A stretch of DNA of 64,000 nucleotides from Saccostrea cucullata (taxonomy: Eukaryota): positions 1,054,001 to 1,118,000 of the forward strand of contig NW_026920935.1 of the NCBI RefSeq assembly GCF_032062105.1. Reading direction: 5' to 3'. Shown here piece after piece: positions 41,601 to 55,769 of the stretch. Numbering within the stretch: the stretch's first letter is position 1; the number at the start of each line of letters is the position of its first letter. The translations under genes were made by a program, and so were the position numbers. The notes under the pieces were generated by a model that ran no database searches, was not told the origin of the DNA, and saw only the letters and a program-made list of their open reading frames with translations.

Positions 41601-44600
41601 AAACACATAAAGAAAAATATGTTTTCTGTTTACTGACAAATCTAGAAGTCAAAGTCTATAATTTTACCCACATAATGAATAAGAATACTGGTTCTCTTTT
41701 GATTAGCTGGTAAAAATAGTGGTGAGTGTGCATGCTTCTGTAAGTTACAGCTAACCTGTCTCAATGTCTGGGTGTTACTGTATGTTATTGACATTAAATA
41801 TGAAATAATGGAGAAAAAAAAAAATGAAACTTCCAAGAATGCAATGAAAACAATCCCTAAATACACATTCATGTATTTGTATCAAAAATGTTTCAAATAT
41901 AGAAGAAATGTTTTTTGTTTTATGTTTATCATTATGTAGTAATCAACCTGTATTTGTTAAATTATGCATATGTATAACAATAGCTAGCCTAGTCCTCTTT
42001 AGTAATTTTGTGAGGAGAGATGTAACAAAAATTTTTTTAAAAAAAGAAGAAGAAGTTCATGAAACTTGATGAAATCTGTTAGTGTGTATAAGATTTCTTT
42101 GTGTGTAGAAATAGATATTACTGTAAATGTATTACATTTGGCTGTGTATTCTTTTCAGCGCTTTTGGTGGAAAGATACTTCCACTAATTCAAGTACAACA
42201 CTAAATGTTTTGTACTTACATGTATATACATAAATAAGAATGATAAGAAATGCGCTAAATTAAATCTACGCTAACTTGTTCAAAACTCAGTTTCCACCAA
42301 ATATCGTACATGCTAGATATAATACATTTGCAGTATATATTAACATAACATGTATCATTACGTGTATTTAATTCCCTATAACAAAGAACCCAGTAATCTG
42401 CATATTCAGTGTTTGCATGTTAACAAGAAGGTGATGGGTGTATGGTCCTATAAACAACTATTGTAATGTCCTTGAATAGAATACATATTGTGGGAAGGAA
42501 TGTGGTATTGAAATTAATAATGCATGCATCTAACCCTAAAAAAATATCAGTTTACTTTATTTTAAACTGAAAAAAGCAAGTGCAGACTTACAATTATGTA
42601 ATAGCACTTAGTGATGAGAATCTTCAGAGTGGAATATTTTGTACATGTATGTATTAAGAAAATAAAAAATTACACATACAGATAAAAAATATAGCAAATT
42701 ATCTACATTATATATTGTACACAATTCTAGGCATGATTCATAAAGTTGAGGGGGATCCCCCGCCCCTGTGGGGGCCTCAGAGTGATCTGATTGGTCGAGC
42801 TGTACAAGCCATTCTTCAGAGGGACCCTAGAAAGTACGATTACGTGGCTGGGAAGATGCATGGTCGTCAGTTACCTGGCTCATTAAGGACATTCATGTGG
42901 TCAGATGAACTCTTCAGAGAGGAGAGGAAGAAAATGCCTGAAGCGTAAGTTTCTTTTATTAAAACCATGGAAGTATTAGTATCTAAAAAATCACGCTTTG
43001 TAAATTGTTTTAATCCATTTAATGTGCAGAGTTTGAAAAGAGCTATAAGTTAATGATTTTGAAATGATTTTAGGAATTTGGAGAAAATTATTCGAGAGAG
43101 ATTTGGAAAAGCAGTCAGTAGAGGCATTCAGGAATTAAGAATCACAAGAGCCACAAACTCACCAATAGCAGGCTTGATTGAAACAGCAGTCATTGAGGTA
43201 TACATCAACATTCTTCTCAATACATACTCTGAGAACTCCTTATTGACAACCAGAGGTAGCTACGATGAACAGGTGCTCTTCTGATTTTCAGACCTACAAT
43301 AAGACGACCAGTATGGTAGCCTTTAAGTCCACAGACCACATGAGGGAGGCGTCGCGCGTGCTGAACATTCTGTATGTTTATGACAGAAGCTATGAGCCCT
43401 ACCTCATCCACTGGTTGTTTCCACTCCAGATAGCGTTCCAAGCTCCATCAGAAAAAACCACAGAGAAAGGTAAGGGGTGAACTGATTACTGTCATGAATA
43501 ATAGTGGGAGCGTATACACTTAAAAGTGGACATATTACAAACATACACTTAAAAGTGGACATATTACAACTGTGTTTTCAAATTATATGTTTATGTTTGA
43601 TATTAATTACTGTAGAAGTACTTTTTTCTGTGTGGTATTAATTTACGCTATGTACGCAGTGACAAATTTTCCACGGAAATTTGTCCAAGCGTTCTCTATA
43701 TAAAAGTAAGGCATATAGTGACAATCTAGGAAATCCGCGTAATTTTCTACACATGGATTAAACAGAAATTGAGATTCTGCGGAATTATGACCCCATGGAA
43801 AAAAGTACGTCTACAGTATCTTATTATTACAAATTATCATATATTACTATGTTCATGTGCATGTACTTGTATTGGGTGCATGAACATATAGCTTTGTTAA
43901 GATTAATTTAATATGGAAACCTATACTTCCTGTAAAATGGCATTGCTCAATTTAAGAGATTGGTGTAAGACATTATTTATTTTTGGATCAGCTTGTATCA
44001 TTGCGTGAGTTGCAAAAATATTTTGACCTTAGCAATTCTCCTAAACATGCATTAATAGAAAGCATATTAACATTTATTGCAGGGGAACATGTGTATGAGT
44101 TGGCAATGTACCTTGACCTTTTGAACTCTAGCTGTTTTCCCACCTGGCCACAAGTATTTGCCATTGCTGAGCAGGTTATGATGACCTTGAGCTTGTCTGA
44201 CCCTGACCTTTACACTCACTTGAAATCCATTGCCAAGACAAATATGAAGGTCAATAAAAAGGTAGGAGGAAAGTTTTTTTCTCAACTGCAGAGGAAAATA
44301 ATATTTTCCCCTTAAATCAATTTAATACAATCCTTTAAACTCAAACATCAAGAGGAATCAGAGCTTGAGGATACAAAATGATTTTTTCCTTGGAACAAGC
44401 TAGCAAGTAAACAATGATGTTTCTTTGGATAAAATTACAGGAGTTTCTGATGCATCTGATAAGTTCGGAGAAGGCCAAAGCCGAGGAACTACTGAAGGCC
44501 ACCCCTGGGAGTAAGAGGGAGGAGTACATGTCAAATGAACTGTTGGCTGACCCCCTCGTCTTCATCAGGAGATGGATTGGAGAGGTACTGGTTTAGTCAC

Positions 44601-47600
44601 TGTAGCTGTAATGTACATATAAAAAATATGGTAATATAAATATGATAATAAACAAATGTGTTTATTGTCATGTAGTAAGTACACAGTCAAAGAATAGCTA
44701 GAAAGATTGTCTTACACCAGTAATACCAATGTTTCTCTGATACACTTTGTATGTATGGATACATGAAACTTTAATCCACTTAAGAAATAAATTTTACACT
44801 CTACAGGTATATGTTCTACATTTACCTGCAGTTTCATTTACAGATATAATGTTTACCAGATTTGACATCTTATATTTGAATCTGTTTTGTTTTTCCCCAG
44901 GGTTTTGTGAGTGTGCTGGACACCCCTGCTGTGATGTACATCTGGGACCAATGCTTCATGCAGGGCTGGCAGCCCAGTGTTCTGAAACACTTCAGTCTAG
45001 CCCTGCTGGAACTACTCAGGGAAAAGTTCATGAATGCTCGAGATTATATGCAAATGAAGGAGGTTAGAAATGGGGAGTTATCCAAAAATATTTAAATAGC
45101 ATTTCAGAAGTGAATTTTAAGTTAAATAAACAGAACATAAGGTGAGCAAACAGGATTGTTATAATTTTCTAAATAAAGTATTTTGATTTTTAGGTTTTCC
45201 TAAGAGAAGCTTGTAAACTGTATACGGTGGACGTCCAGATGGCCTGGATTCATCTGGAAAATGGGAAGGATATCCTGGAAATTCCCTACCTCAACAGACA
45301 AAGGCCAGGGTAAATACACATACCTCACTGCAAATACATACTATCTATTACAAGGAAAGGTTTAGTTGTCATTTTGTCAAACATACATTACATACATTAT
45401 GTTTGTGCTTTACAACATAAATTGGAGATGAAGGAAACTGACATAAAATGTCAGTTTATTACTATGCATTGATTTTGATATTGATTTTGTAGTACACCTG
45501 GATCAAGGCTGGGACAGGTACAAAGTGCCCCGCCCACCCCTGGTATCCCAGGATTCCTCAACCCCTGTGGGCTTAAAGACATCATACTTAGACTTATCAT
45601 TCCTTCTGAGGTGGTTGAAAGGGTAAGTACTATACATGTATACATATTGTACATCTAAGCTAATACTACATGGAATTCCTACAATCACAGTATGTTAAAG
45701 AATAAGTTTTGTACATGTATACAGTTTTTAAAGCTTTAGATTGCAAACATTTTCATAATGATAATACAACAATCACACTATCTTAATTCTGCAGCAAATA
45801 AAAAAAACATTTAAATGATAACAATGGCATTAGTTTCCTGTTAATTTCTTCTGATTTTGGTTTACAGGAACAGTGGTTGGCTAATGTAGATGCTGAAGGT
45901 CTGCAGATCCACACCCATGCCTACTTTGGAAGTGTTAAGCTCCGATCTCGTCTCTCTATGGGGAAAGCTGTCACAACATCCATAACAAAGGACAACTATG
46001 GAAATACTATATATGAGGTTCATTTTTATGAGGACAAGTTTGTATTTGACAGTTTGGACATTTCAGAACTGGATGTTGAGAGGGAGTTAGGTGCTTTTCC
46101 TTACGCTATTGTTCGTGTGGAGTACAGGAAGCCAGGCCCAGAGGCATTAAGTAAGTCCTACTGTTCTATTTCATTAACATTTAATTGTAAATGATGTGAT
46201 TCAACTTCTTTACAGTTGGTTATAATAAGAATATGCATTGATTTAATAAGTGATTGCAGTTTTAATTATTGTAGAAAGCTTTCATTCAAAAACTGTAAAA
46301 ATGGATATTCAGACATTATTTACTGGAAAAAATCACAAGAAGTTTGTATACATGGAAATATTCCTTTCTGTAATACAAGGATAATTTTTTTTTTTAGATT
46401 CTGAATTATTGTGTACAAAGTGTATTTCATGCATAAGCAGTAATTTCTATGTTTCTAGTTTAAGAGTTGTATCTCACAGTTAACATAAGTACACACTTGG
46501 CTTGTCTTGTATTTCAGGAACCAGTGTACCGCTTGGCTGGGCCAGAATCCCTTTGTTCCAGCGTGCGTCCCGTGGGGGCAGGTCCTCAGTCGACTCTCTG
46601 GCTAATGTGGAGTGGTCTCTACAGGACGGGGACTTTGTGTTCACGCTCCACCCCGGGGCACTCCCCCAGAATCTGATCTCGTCAGATACAGCCTCCCCTG
46701 TACCAGAACAACAGGAAGGTGGGTTTTTCCCAAATGTTTACTTTTTTAGAAAAATTTTGTTTTTCCTCAGTTTGAAGAAGACTTTACTGCAGGGTAATGA
46801 AGAGCTTAGTAATGATATATATATAAATGAGTAGATAAATATACTGAATGATATTTATTGTCCCAGGCTTAATGATAAGTTATGGTTACAATCATTGACA
46901 CTGTATTTGACTTACCTCAGTTTCTTTTTGATACTTCAGACACTGTCCTTGGATATAACTCAGAGGTGGTGGTTATTGTGTATGATCCTCGCAATGAGCC
47001 TGAGGGTAGGGCCAGACCTAAGGGGGTGACTCCTATCCCCACACTACCTGCCGGGTCCACCAATCAGGTACCACCACTGGCTACCCACTCCCCACGACAC
47101 AGTCCAGTCCGAAAACCTAGGTTAGCTACAGATCAAAGTCTAAGATTTCTTGAATTTAGTGTAGATATGTTTCTTATATCCATAATTTCTTAAGCTGTTT
47201 TATCTTTTAAACTTCTCTCTTCATTCAAAGAAAGTGGGATCACAAACTTATTTTAATTTTTTGATAGTCCCAAACCCAAGCCTGCTCCTAGAAGGACCCC
47301 TGTTGTTAAGACCCCTAAACCCCAGGATAGTGAGGAGCCATGGGTCGAGCCTAACTCCACCACCATGGCTAGTAACCCCATGCCCACAGGTTTGTCAGAG
47401 GCATTTGACTTCTACATTGACAGTGTTCGCTTCATTCCTGATAACTCCTCAATGATTAAGGTGAGTGTAAAAGACTCGACATTTATTGTTACATTATGTT
47501 GATCTGTAATCCAACAGTGAGTAGATGATGCCTTCATCACAGCCTATGTGATTTATGACACTTTTACAGTGGAAAAACAGAGAGCAACTGAGTTTATCTT

Positions 47601-50600
47601 TTAGATTTATAAGATGTACATGTACTTCAATTTACTCATCATACTATCATTCCAACAACTACCAGATATTCCAATGCGACAGCTCTCACAGAAATACATT
47701 GAAAGTTAGTTTTCATAAGAATGATGCTGTTTTTCTCCCTTGAAAGATATACATGTACGATGTTAATTAGTTGCTTAACCTATGACAACAACGGATAGTA
47801 CTTGCATTATACATATCTATACATTATCAACTTTATCTGTGAGATTTTGTTCTGTTCCTACAGGTGACAGGGCTGATTAAGACGGCTAATGACGCCAAAC
47901 TTCTCCTGGCCCTACCCCTCCTGAACAGTCCGGCCCGATGTCCCATGTTTGACTTTAAACTGACCGTTAATGACCAGAAGAAGAAGATGGACCCGGACAT
48001 GGTCATCTTTCTGAGGGTTTACACTGAGGACGTGCTCACGGACAAAATCTCCGTCATTGGCAGCTGTTTTGTTCCAGTGTTCAAGGTGTTTGTTAACTTG
48101 TACCACCAACATTGTATTTAATGCTCATGGGATTATTTTCCTGCATACCTATTTAATTCCTGCAAAACAGAACAACATTTAAGAATCATCAATATACAAA
48201 TATGTTTTAGGATGGCAAGTTAAATGTAGGTGGTACACAGCTGAGATTGAGGAATGGGGTCCCTCCCACTAAAGCCAAGAATCTGGTTAATGACCTAGAT
48301 TCCTTCCCGGCTGTCCCAGCCTGCTCCATCCTAATCAGACTTCTGCCAGCACAACAGGTGTGTATCATGCAGTGTAGTAACCCCCTCTCTTCTCCCAGGG
48401 GGGAAAATGCCAATTTTTTTACAATCTGTACTGTAAATCACTTTTTATTCGCGAGAACTTTATTTTCGCGTAATTACGCGAGACAGTATGCTCGCAAAAA
48501 TTTCATTCTCGCGTATGATAGAATACCTTAGGATTATATAGTGCAATGACCACAATTTGTGAAAATTTTGTCTCGCTTATAAAAAGTCAATGACTATCTC
48601 GCGAAAATAAGGTGTCGCGAAAATTAAGTGATCTACAGTTATCATTGAATTCTGTAATTGTACATAAATTGGTACATGTATATTCAAAATTTAGCACAAT
48701 CACTGGGTATTCAGTTGTTAGCATATTCATGAATTAGTGCAATATACTAATGTGTCATATATTGTATAAATAAATGATTCCTTAGCTGTATCCAAAGGCT
48801 TTAAAATATAAAGTCCGCTTTTTTTAAGTACACGTACAGTATTTCTGCAAAATTACATGTTCATACTTTTGATAATAATTAAAATTATTACATTGTACAT
48901 GTACACATGTAGTTATTGCCAAAGAAAAGGATATAGTAGTAAATGCAGAATAAAATGTACATTTGTATGAAGTACCAGTATTTTGCTCTAACGTCATGTA
49001 CATGTTACCTATATTTTAGGGAGTAGTCCCAATGCCACCCTATTCCTCTGGTTATTACTTTTCGGAGCCAGCCCGCCCCACAGTATCAGAACAGAGGGTG
49101 TTCAGCAGCTACAAGGAACATTTTAACTATCCCAAATCAGTCAGGGAGATGATTCAGAGAATACAACAGTCTAATGAGGTGGCAGTCGGTAAGCTTAGGT
49201 TCAGAGGGAGTATGATGTTGGAGGAGGATTAGTGTGTTAGATAAAGCACTTCAGCCCTGTTGTGAAGTTATGATATACATGCACCTTTAAATGTTGTTAT
49301 TGAATTCAGACATACATGTACATGTACCGTTGAACCTCAGTATCGCGATCACTGATATATTGAATGTGATGGATATGTCAGAGTGATGGAGAATTCCCAG
49401 CCAATTTTTCTTTGAGAATTTTTTTTAAAATCACAGTATCTCAATTCTCAAATGATATTAGGTTTGAATGTAGTATGAGAACATTTTGAATGTAGTATGA
49501 GAAATTTACATATAACTCTAAGATTTTAATCTCCAAATGTCATATTTAGGAGTACTTTTACTCAGATATTAGCATTAATTTGCTTGTTTATCAACAGATG
49601 AAGAAGACGATGCGTTACTACAATGGCTTCAGGATCAGCTGGATGTTAAAAAACAGGGAGCTAAAGCGGTGGCTGACAACCTTCCTCTGGCTCAGTCTGT
49701 CAGGTACAGGGTCAAAATGGGGCTCAATGCCAGAGTGGTCCAGGCCTATGGACTACCAGGTAATTATCTCCAACCAATAGAATCGTAAGCATGAGAATTC
49801 GGAACAAAGCTTCCAAAATATTATTATACTGGCACATGAAGTTAATATTGGATCTGTCAGAATCAGATGATTTGTTTACATTGTAAGATTCTTTATAATG
49901 ACCTGCCACTCCCACCCTCTTTAGATGGCTACTACGTCCACTGCTTTGTTCGGGTCTCCCCGGGAGAGAAGGTGCTAGATATGGAGGAGACTCCAGAGGG
50001 GTACGGAAAGGAAGAAAAGTTTGTCACACTGAAGCATGATTATGACAGCTTCCAAATTGCTCCTAAATTTCTTGATGACCACAAAGTAAGATTTTAAAAT
50101 GTATATAAAGAATTTTAAAATCAAATGTAATGTATTTTATTATAACGAAATTTTAAGTGAAATTTGTCTGTTGCAAAAGATTATCTTTTGGATGTAGGAT
50201 ATTTTTGCCTAATACCTTCTAATACTGTATAAGTGGAAATTTTAAGGAGAGGCAAATTTAGCGATTTGTCCTTAAAAATTAGTATTTTTTTCTAGCGAGA
50301 TGTAATTTTAGAAATTTCAAAATGCTCACTAAAAATAGCTAATACAAATACAAAAATACAATTAATTTTTAATTAATTCAATTTAGCAATCTCAACACCT
50401 TCGCTAATAATGCCAAAATTAAATCCTTGCTAAACATTCTGCGTATATGGTATCTACTCTCAGTTTTTATGCAGATTTTAACTAAAGTAAATTTAGATTT
50501 AAAGGATTTAAATGGGAATGATTATAGGAGGGTTATTTTCCTGTTGAGTATCACTAACAAGTTTTGTCTGAAACACAAAATTACAGGTAGAATGGTCTCC

Positions 50601-53600
50601 TTTTCAAATTTAAATTTCTTAAATTTGCAAAGATAAAAAATTATCTTACTGCAGTATTTTCCAGAAAACCATTTTCTTCCAAAGTAATTGACCTTTGGAT
50701 ATGAATTTAGGCATTGAAAATGTGCATCTTTGCCAGTTTGATTAATGCTGTGATGGTGTATTATTTATTGATATTTTAATATTTTCAGCTGTTACACCCT
50801 TTCTATGACAATTACTCCTGCCTGATTATTCAGTTGTTTGGTTTGGACCTGATTTACCGGATGAAACCAGAACATGATGTACCAGGAACCCTCCACTCCA
50901 TAAAGAACGGGGACCTGGTTCTGGGGGATGAACAGATCCTGGCCTGGGGGGTAGTGCCCATGTTTGAGGGGTGAGCAATTTATACTTACTGAATATACCT
51001 GCATAAAGTACTGTGAAATCACTAATTTTCGTGGGTGTTTAATTTTCGTTGTTTTTGAGGTATGAATAGACGAATTCATGTCCACCACGAAATGGAAATT
51101 TTCATATGTACAACTACTAAAATGTTCATCCACATTTTTTCCTTCAACCATGAAAATTTGACCCCATGAAAATATGTGATTTTACAGTAGATACGCTGTA
51201 TCATAAGAAAAGGAGCACAAGTCAAATGTATTACTTGGCTCCCCAATGTATATGTTGGCATTCTGGAAATTACTTGTATCTTCCTTTGAACAAATACTTT
51301 TGTTTAAATCACTTTTGTTAATTGTGGTGATATTTTTTTTTCTTTAGAAACTGTGTAGCCTCGGGAACACATGAGGTTCCCCTGTTCAAAGGAAAGCCAC
51401 CGGTAGGAATTGTACAGGAGTTCACTCAAAGGAATGCCAAAAATGTAATTCAATCATGGAAGTGGGAGAAAACCCAGAAAATGGTAATGATTCAGTTATT
51501 CACTAAGTCATTGATGATTTTAGCTTCTTAAAGAGAAGTTAGACATGTTTCAGTAACTTATAAAGTTAACCCTTTTTAAATTTACATAAATGTATTGTCA
51601 GATGTTATTTGCAAAGGGCTTTTATCAAAAATAAATAACAGATAATCTGATAAAGCCTACAAAAAAGTGTTTATTTGTTCATCCTTCACAAACTTTACTG
51701 GAATGATAATACAGGGTAAATGAAGTACTGTAGTACTGTATATATCCAAATTTTTGTAAGAGACAGATAGTACATGCACCATATTTGGTATTTATAGGCC
51801 AGACAGAATTTTCATGAATTTTTGGTATTGTTTATAATCTACGCAAATAAAAACATACATGAAAATGAAATTTTTCAAACAGACCATCTCATGTAATTAC
51901 CAGAAAATAAAGTTTCCTGCTTGCAAATAAAAAATATTTTCAGTATTGAGGGCTCTAACGGAACAAAAGTTTTCCTATCACTTTAGAAATACCTAGATGT
52001 GGAAAATTTCTTTTAGCTTCCTGATTACAAGTGGGCTTTTTACACTGTCAGTTTTTACTGTTTCATGTATTTATATATGTTTTTGGATAGATTTTAACTC
52101 TTGTTATACTGTGAAATTTGATTTTTAAATGTCTTATCAAAATTAACCTTGGTTATGTCTTTCCTACAGCCCAATGCCAGCTTGACTGTCTCACTGTGGG
52201 ATGGTCATTTTGAACAAGATGAATTACCTGTAAACCCTGTAAGTCTCTGTTGAATAATGAACATTTTGAATTGACTTACATACAGTTTTATGATTAATGT
52301 ACATTGATTCTATAAATAAGGCTGTTTAATGAAGTCAAACTCCAGAAGTTTTCAAAGCAACTTTGTGTATGAAGATATTCAGATAATAGAGGAATTAGGT
52401 GATTCTGCAAAAGCTCTTAAGAGTTTGATTTAGGAACAAGCAAAGCTATATATGGTAAGTGTCTCTACATAAATATGACAAGTAATGTTTTGACTTGTGA
52501 TTTACAGACCTTTAAGTACCTGTTAGAAGCTGCGGGGACTCAGTCCACATACCTTCAGGGGAGGAAACCACCACCAAAGAATGCCAAGAAAATCTCCAAC
52601 TTTGTGGTGGATAATTTGGAGCAGAAATACAAGAAACTGGGGACCAACAGTTCAGTGTATGCCACAGAACAGAAGTTCTTTGATGACCTCATCACAAAAA
52701 CCTTCTACAATCTTGTGGTTTGTATTTGTTCCTAATTTGAGGGGGAAAGCATATTTTGAGATTTTTTTTTACATATAGAATGTTTTTAATTTTGCATTTT
52801 TAAGTTGTTACTGTCAAAAATCCTACAGCTCATTATAAATTTTAACTTTAATGCCTTATTTCAATATTTAAAAAGTGGGAGGATATAGTGATGGAGGTGC
52901 CCATCTACCAGTTTGTCTGTCTGTTACACTAGGGGGTACCCATCTTATCCACAACTCCTCCTTTACAGGCTTTACTACTGAATAATGAGTCTTTCCCAGG
53001 ATCTTTATTACATAGTGCCATTGTGTAACTCCGCTTTATGTTTTAATCAGACAAATATTTATAAACCATGAACTTTGCCATGTGACTTTTATGGGAGCAG
53101 GGAACTTCTTTTTCTGAGCTCACAGTAGCCTCTAGTTTAAATTTTGGTTGAAATCTAATGATAAAACCAACATTTTGAATACGCGATGGACCCCAGTTGT
53201 TTTAAAAATTGATATTTTACATTTTCAACGTCTGTTCTTTGGCATAATATTTAAATGAAATATTATCTTGTATGCAATGGTTTGTTTTATAGTTGATAAT
53301 TATTTATTTTAGGTCAACTCATTTTAATTTTTTTTTCTTGGGTATGAATCATTGTGATGTTGTGTATGCACCTTTCTCTTCCTGATAAAAAATATTTCTC
53401 TATGGAAAGACATATAAGTAAAAAAAAAAATGGATTGGTCCCTTTAATAAGCTCTAAATCCTGATGTCAAGCACACTGCAAAAATCAGACAATTCATAAA
53501 TTTCATGGCTATCATTATTAGATATACACATTTACCACTGTCTATACTCCAGATATTGGCATTTTGATGTTGTTAACTTTAAGGATTTATGGATACATAT

Positions 53601-54662
53601 TATCTTTTAAAATTACTTCCATAACATTTCCACTTTTAAAAACAAACACTGTTAAACTTTTATAAAGTATTTTTTTGAGGTACTATACATCTCAGCATTA
53701 AGGAGAAATTGAGTATACAGAGTAAAATACACTTATAGCAAAGTGCCAGGGATGGACAATTTTGCATAGTTACAAGTCTAATTCATTATATCCATTATGT
53801 TTGAAATTGTATTTAGTCATGGGGAATGAAAATCACTTTGCTGTAAATGTCAATTCATTATAAGCATGTTCGCTATTAGCATGCTTTACTGTTTGTTGAT
53901 ACACGTAGAAAAAAATTCCAGTGCTAAAAGTTGTACAATGTATACAACAGCTTAAGTATACTTTATGTACTTGTAACTGTACACTTTTATTGTATGGGAA
54001 AGCTGAGTAGATTTAGACAAAATATTCAGGGGTTAACCGGCTGACATCAACTTTCTTATAGATCACCTTAAAAAGGAGCAAATCACTATTAAATAGTGGA
54101 ATTCCTTGCAACTAAGTATTCTTCTAATTGTCAAGTTTCTCTCTGCGATTTATGAAAAGAATGACAGAAAAATTCCAAATTATTCCTTATAACCAAAAAT
54201 TATTTAAATTAACTGAATCCCTTGTTAGCAAGTTTTACTGTAATAATAATTGTCATGTACAACACTACAATTTGAAACACACACTTGTAATATGTACATT
54301 TTAACATTTCTTTGTTTCACATTAACAATATATGCCCTAACCCTTTATCACTTTTATCACACAAGTGGGGTCAGTGCACTTAGGAATATTTCCAATGGTA
54401 ATTTTTAGAGATTTGATGGAAAGATATTTTCTATTTGTAAAAAGTTTTTCTAACCTTGTTAATATTTTTGAAGACTATAGATTGTTATTGTTATTTATCT
54501 TAAAGCTTCTTGTGACTTAAATATTTTTTAAAAAAATCCAAAAGATCATTGCAATGTAAAAATCAACAACTCCGTAATTCTTTGAAACAGTTTGTTAATT
54601 TTTCTTTTCTTTATCTTCCAAAGGAGGATGCTTTGATGAATGCTGGATATGGCCCACTTTAG
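38628..54662 (+). CDS. Uncharacterised ~1,410-aa protein: N-terminal helical region, degenerate TBC/Rab-GAP-like domain, Pro-rich linker and about three C2-like beta modules
   Basis: 27 phase-consistent exons: 38628-38741, 39122-39268, 39569-39702, 40319-40421, 40981-41125, 42731-42944, 43074-43197, 43292-43469, 44083-44261, 44441-44584, 44901-45062, 45194-45309, 45493-45622, 45868-46150, 46518-46718, 46940-47120, 47268-47460, 47864-48085, 48211-48357, 49020-49188, 49598-49759, 49925-50085, 50789-50970, 51348-51483, 52170-52238, 52508-52717, 54624-54662 (4,245 nt). TBC-like LPGSLRTFMW, DPDLYTHL, RWIGEGFVSVLDTPAVMYIWDQCF. C2-like LGWARIPLF, IGSCFVPVF, LAWGVVPMF. Confidence 0.85.
39668..39932 (+). 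repeat. 53-bp minisatellite x5 spanning an exon end and splice donor
   Basis: Unit TACAGTGTCATGTTAGGCAAAAATCTCAACACAAG|GTGAGACATCTATTACAT starts at 39668, 39721, 39774, 39827, 39880. Confidence 0.95.
40150..40362 (+). repeat. ~70-bp tandem repeat x3 spanning a splice acceptor and exon start
   Basis: TTTACAG|CACTACTCA..AATGAGTA(T/C)GA.CAGTTTCTACAGCA with acceptors ending at 40177, 40244 and 40318. Confidence 0.92.
42119..42335. mobile_element. TA-flanked MITE
   Basis: TACTGTAAATGTATTA ... TAATACATTTGCAGTA. Confidence 0.65.
43608..43818. mobile_element. TA-flanked MITE
   Basis: TACTGTAGAAGTACTTTTTTC ... GAAAAAAGTACGTCTACAGTA, ~20-bp TIR. Confidence 0.8.
48429..48640. mobile_element. TA-flanked MITE
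   Basis: TACTGTAAATCACTTTTTATTCGCGA ... TCGCGAAAATTAAGTGATCTACAGT. Confidence 0.75.
51009..51189. mobile_element. TA-flanked MITE
   Basis: TACTGTGAAATCAC.AATTTTCGTGGG ... CCCATGAAAATATGTGATTTTACAGTA. Weaker relatives at 50223-50452, 51734-51945 and ~53716-53892. Confidence 0.75.
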
Positions 54663-55769
54663 AACTAAAGGTTGGCATACAATTCTGGCTTACACTGGCA
54701 TTACATAGCTAGAAAGAAAAAAACCCATTAACAGCTTTATTGAACGGTGTTCAAGCACCTGCATTTTGACCATTATTTGGAGAGATGCCTGTTGATCACA
54801 GACTGGAATACTGCAGTGTTGGTCACTTCCTGTTTTCATTGTGAGAAGTAAAAAGTTAGATCAAATAGAAAACATACATTGAATTAACAAAGAAATAAAA
54901 ATTAAAAGGTAGGCTGATTTTAAATTAATGACATGTACATACACCCAATACAAATATAGATTTTTTAATGGAAATAAAGATTGGTCATTTGAAATTTTTA
55001 AAAAATGATTATGTTTAAGATATGTGTTTCATTTTTTGATAAAATTCTCTTGTAAGATGAAACATATAAATGCCAATTTAATGATGTGAATAATATTGTT
55101 TTAGAAATGATTGGAGTGATAAATTTGATTATATGGTTTTAGAAATAGATACATGTAAAATTCTTCATGTACATTTAATTGTACATTAGAGTATGGAACT
55201 GTATGTATGGAAGGTTAGGATCTGTGTATGCTAGATTAACCTAAGAAACTTTCCTATTTGTATCTGTATTGTCATGACTGGTGCAATTACATGTATGTGT
55301 ATTTTTATTTTTAGTTCACATATACTGGTTGTGAGTAGTTTTTTTTATTAATAAAAGGAAGTTAAATGAAAAAATGATCACCTATATATATTGATTTTAT
55401 TGGATTTGATTTCATTTTATTGACATGGAAGTCAAGTGAAGAGCATTTAACAAGTAGACTGTTTTATTCAGGTTTTTGTTTCTGTCTACAAGGTATCTCA
55501 AGAAGAAAAAAAAATGATTCCAGTGTTTGGCAAAAAATATTTCAGGGAAGAATTAAAAGAAAATGCTGAAGTGGATTTCCTCAGAATCTGAATATATTGT
55601 TAACAAATATAATCAGAAATATGGTCAAACATGTCATTGCCGATTCACAACCACCTGTATTTAGCTAATTCCAGATATTATATAAATTACTGAATTTCTG
55701 TCAAAAGTTTTGTGATCCTGGGACCATATTTGTGTATTAAGTAATCCTCTTTCTTACACAAGCAATATT

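Noticed and set aside
42159-42192. Strong acceptor TTCTTTTCAG as a possible extra exon
   Set aside because: Lies inside a MITE and hits TAA in the required phase.
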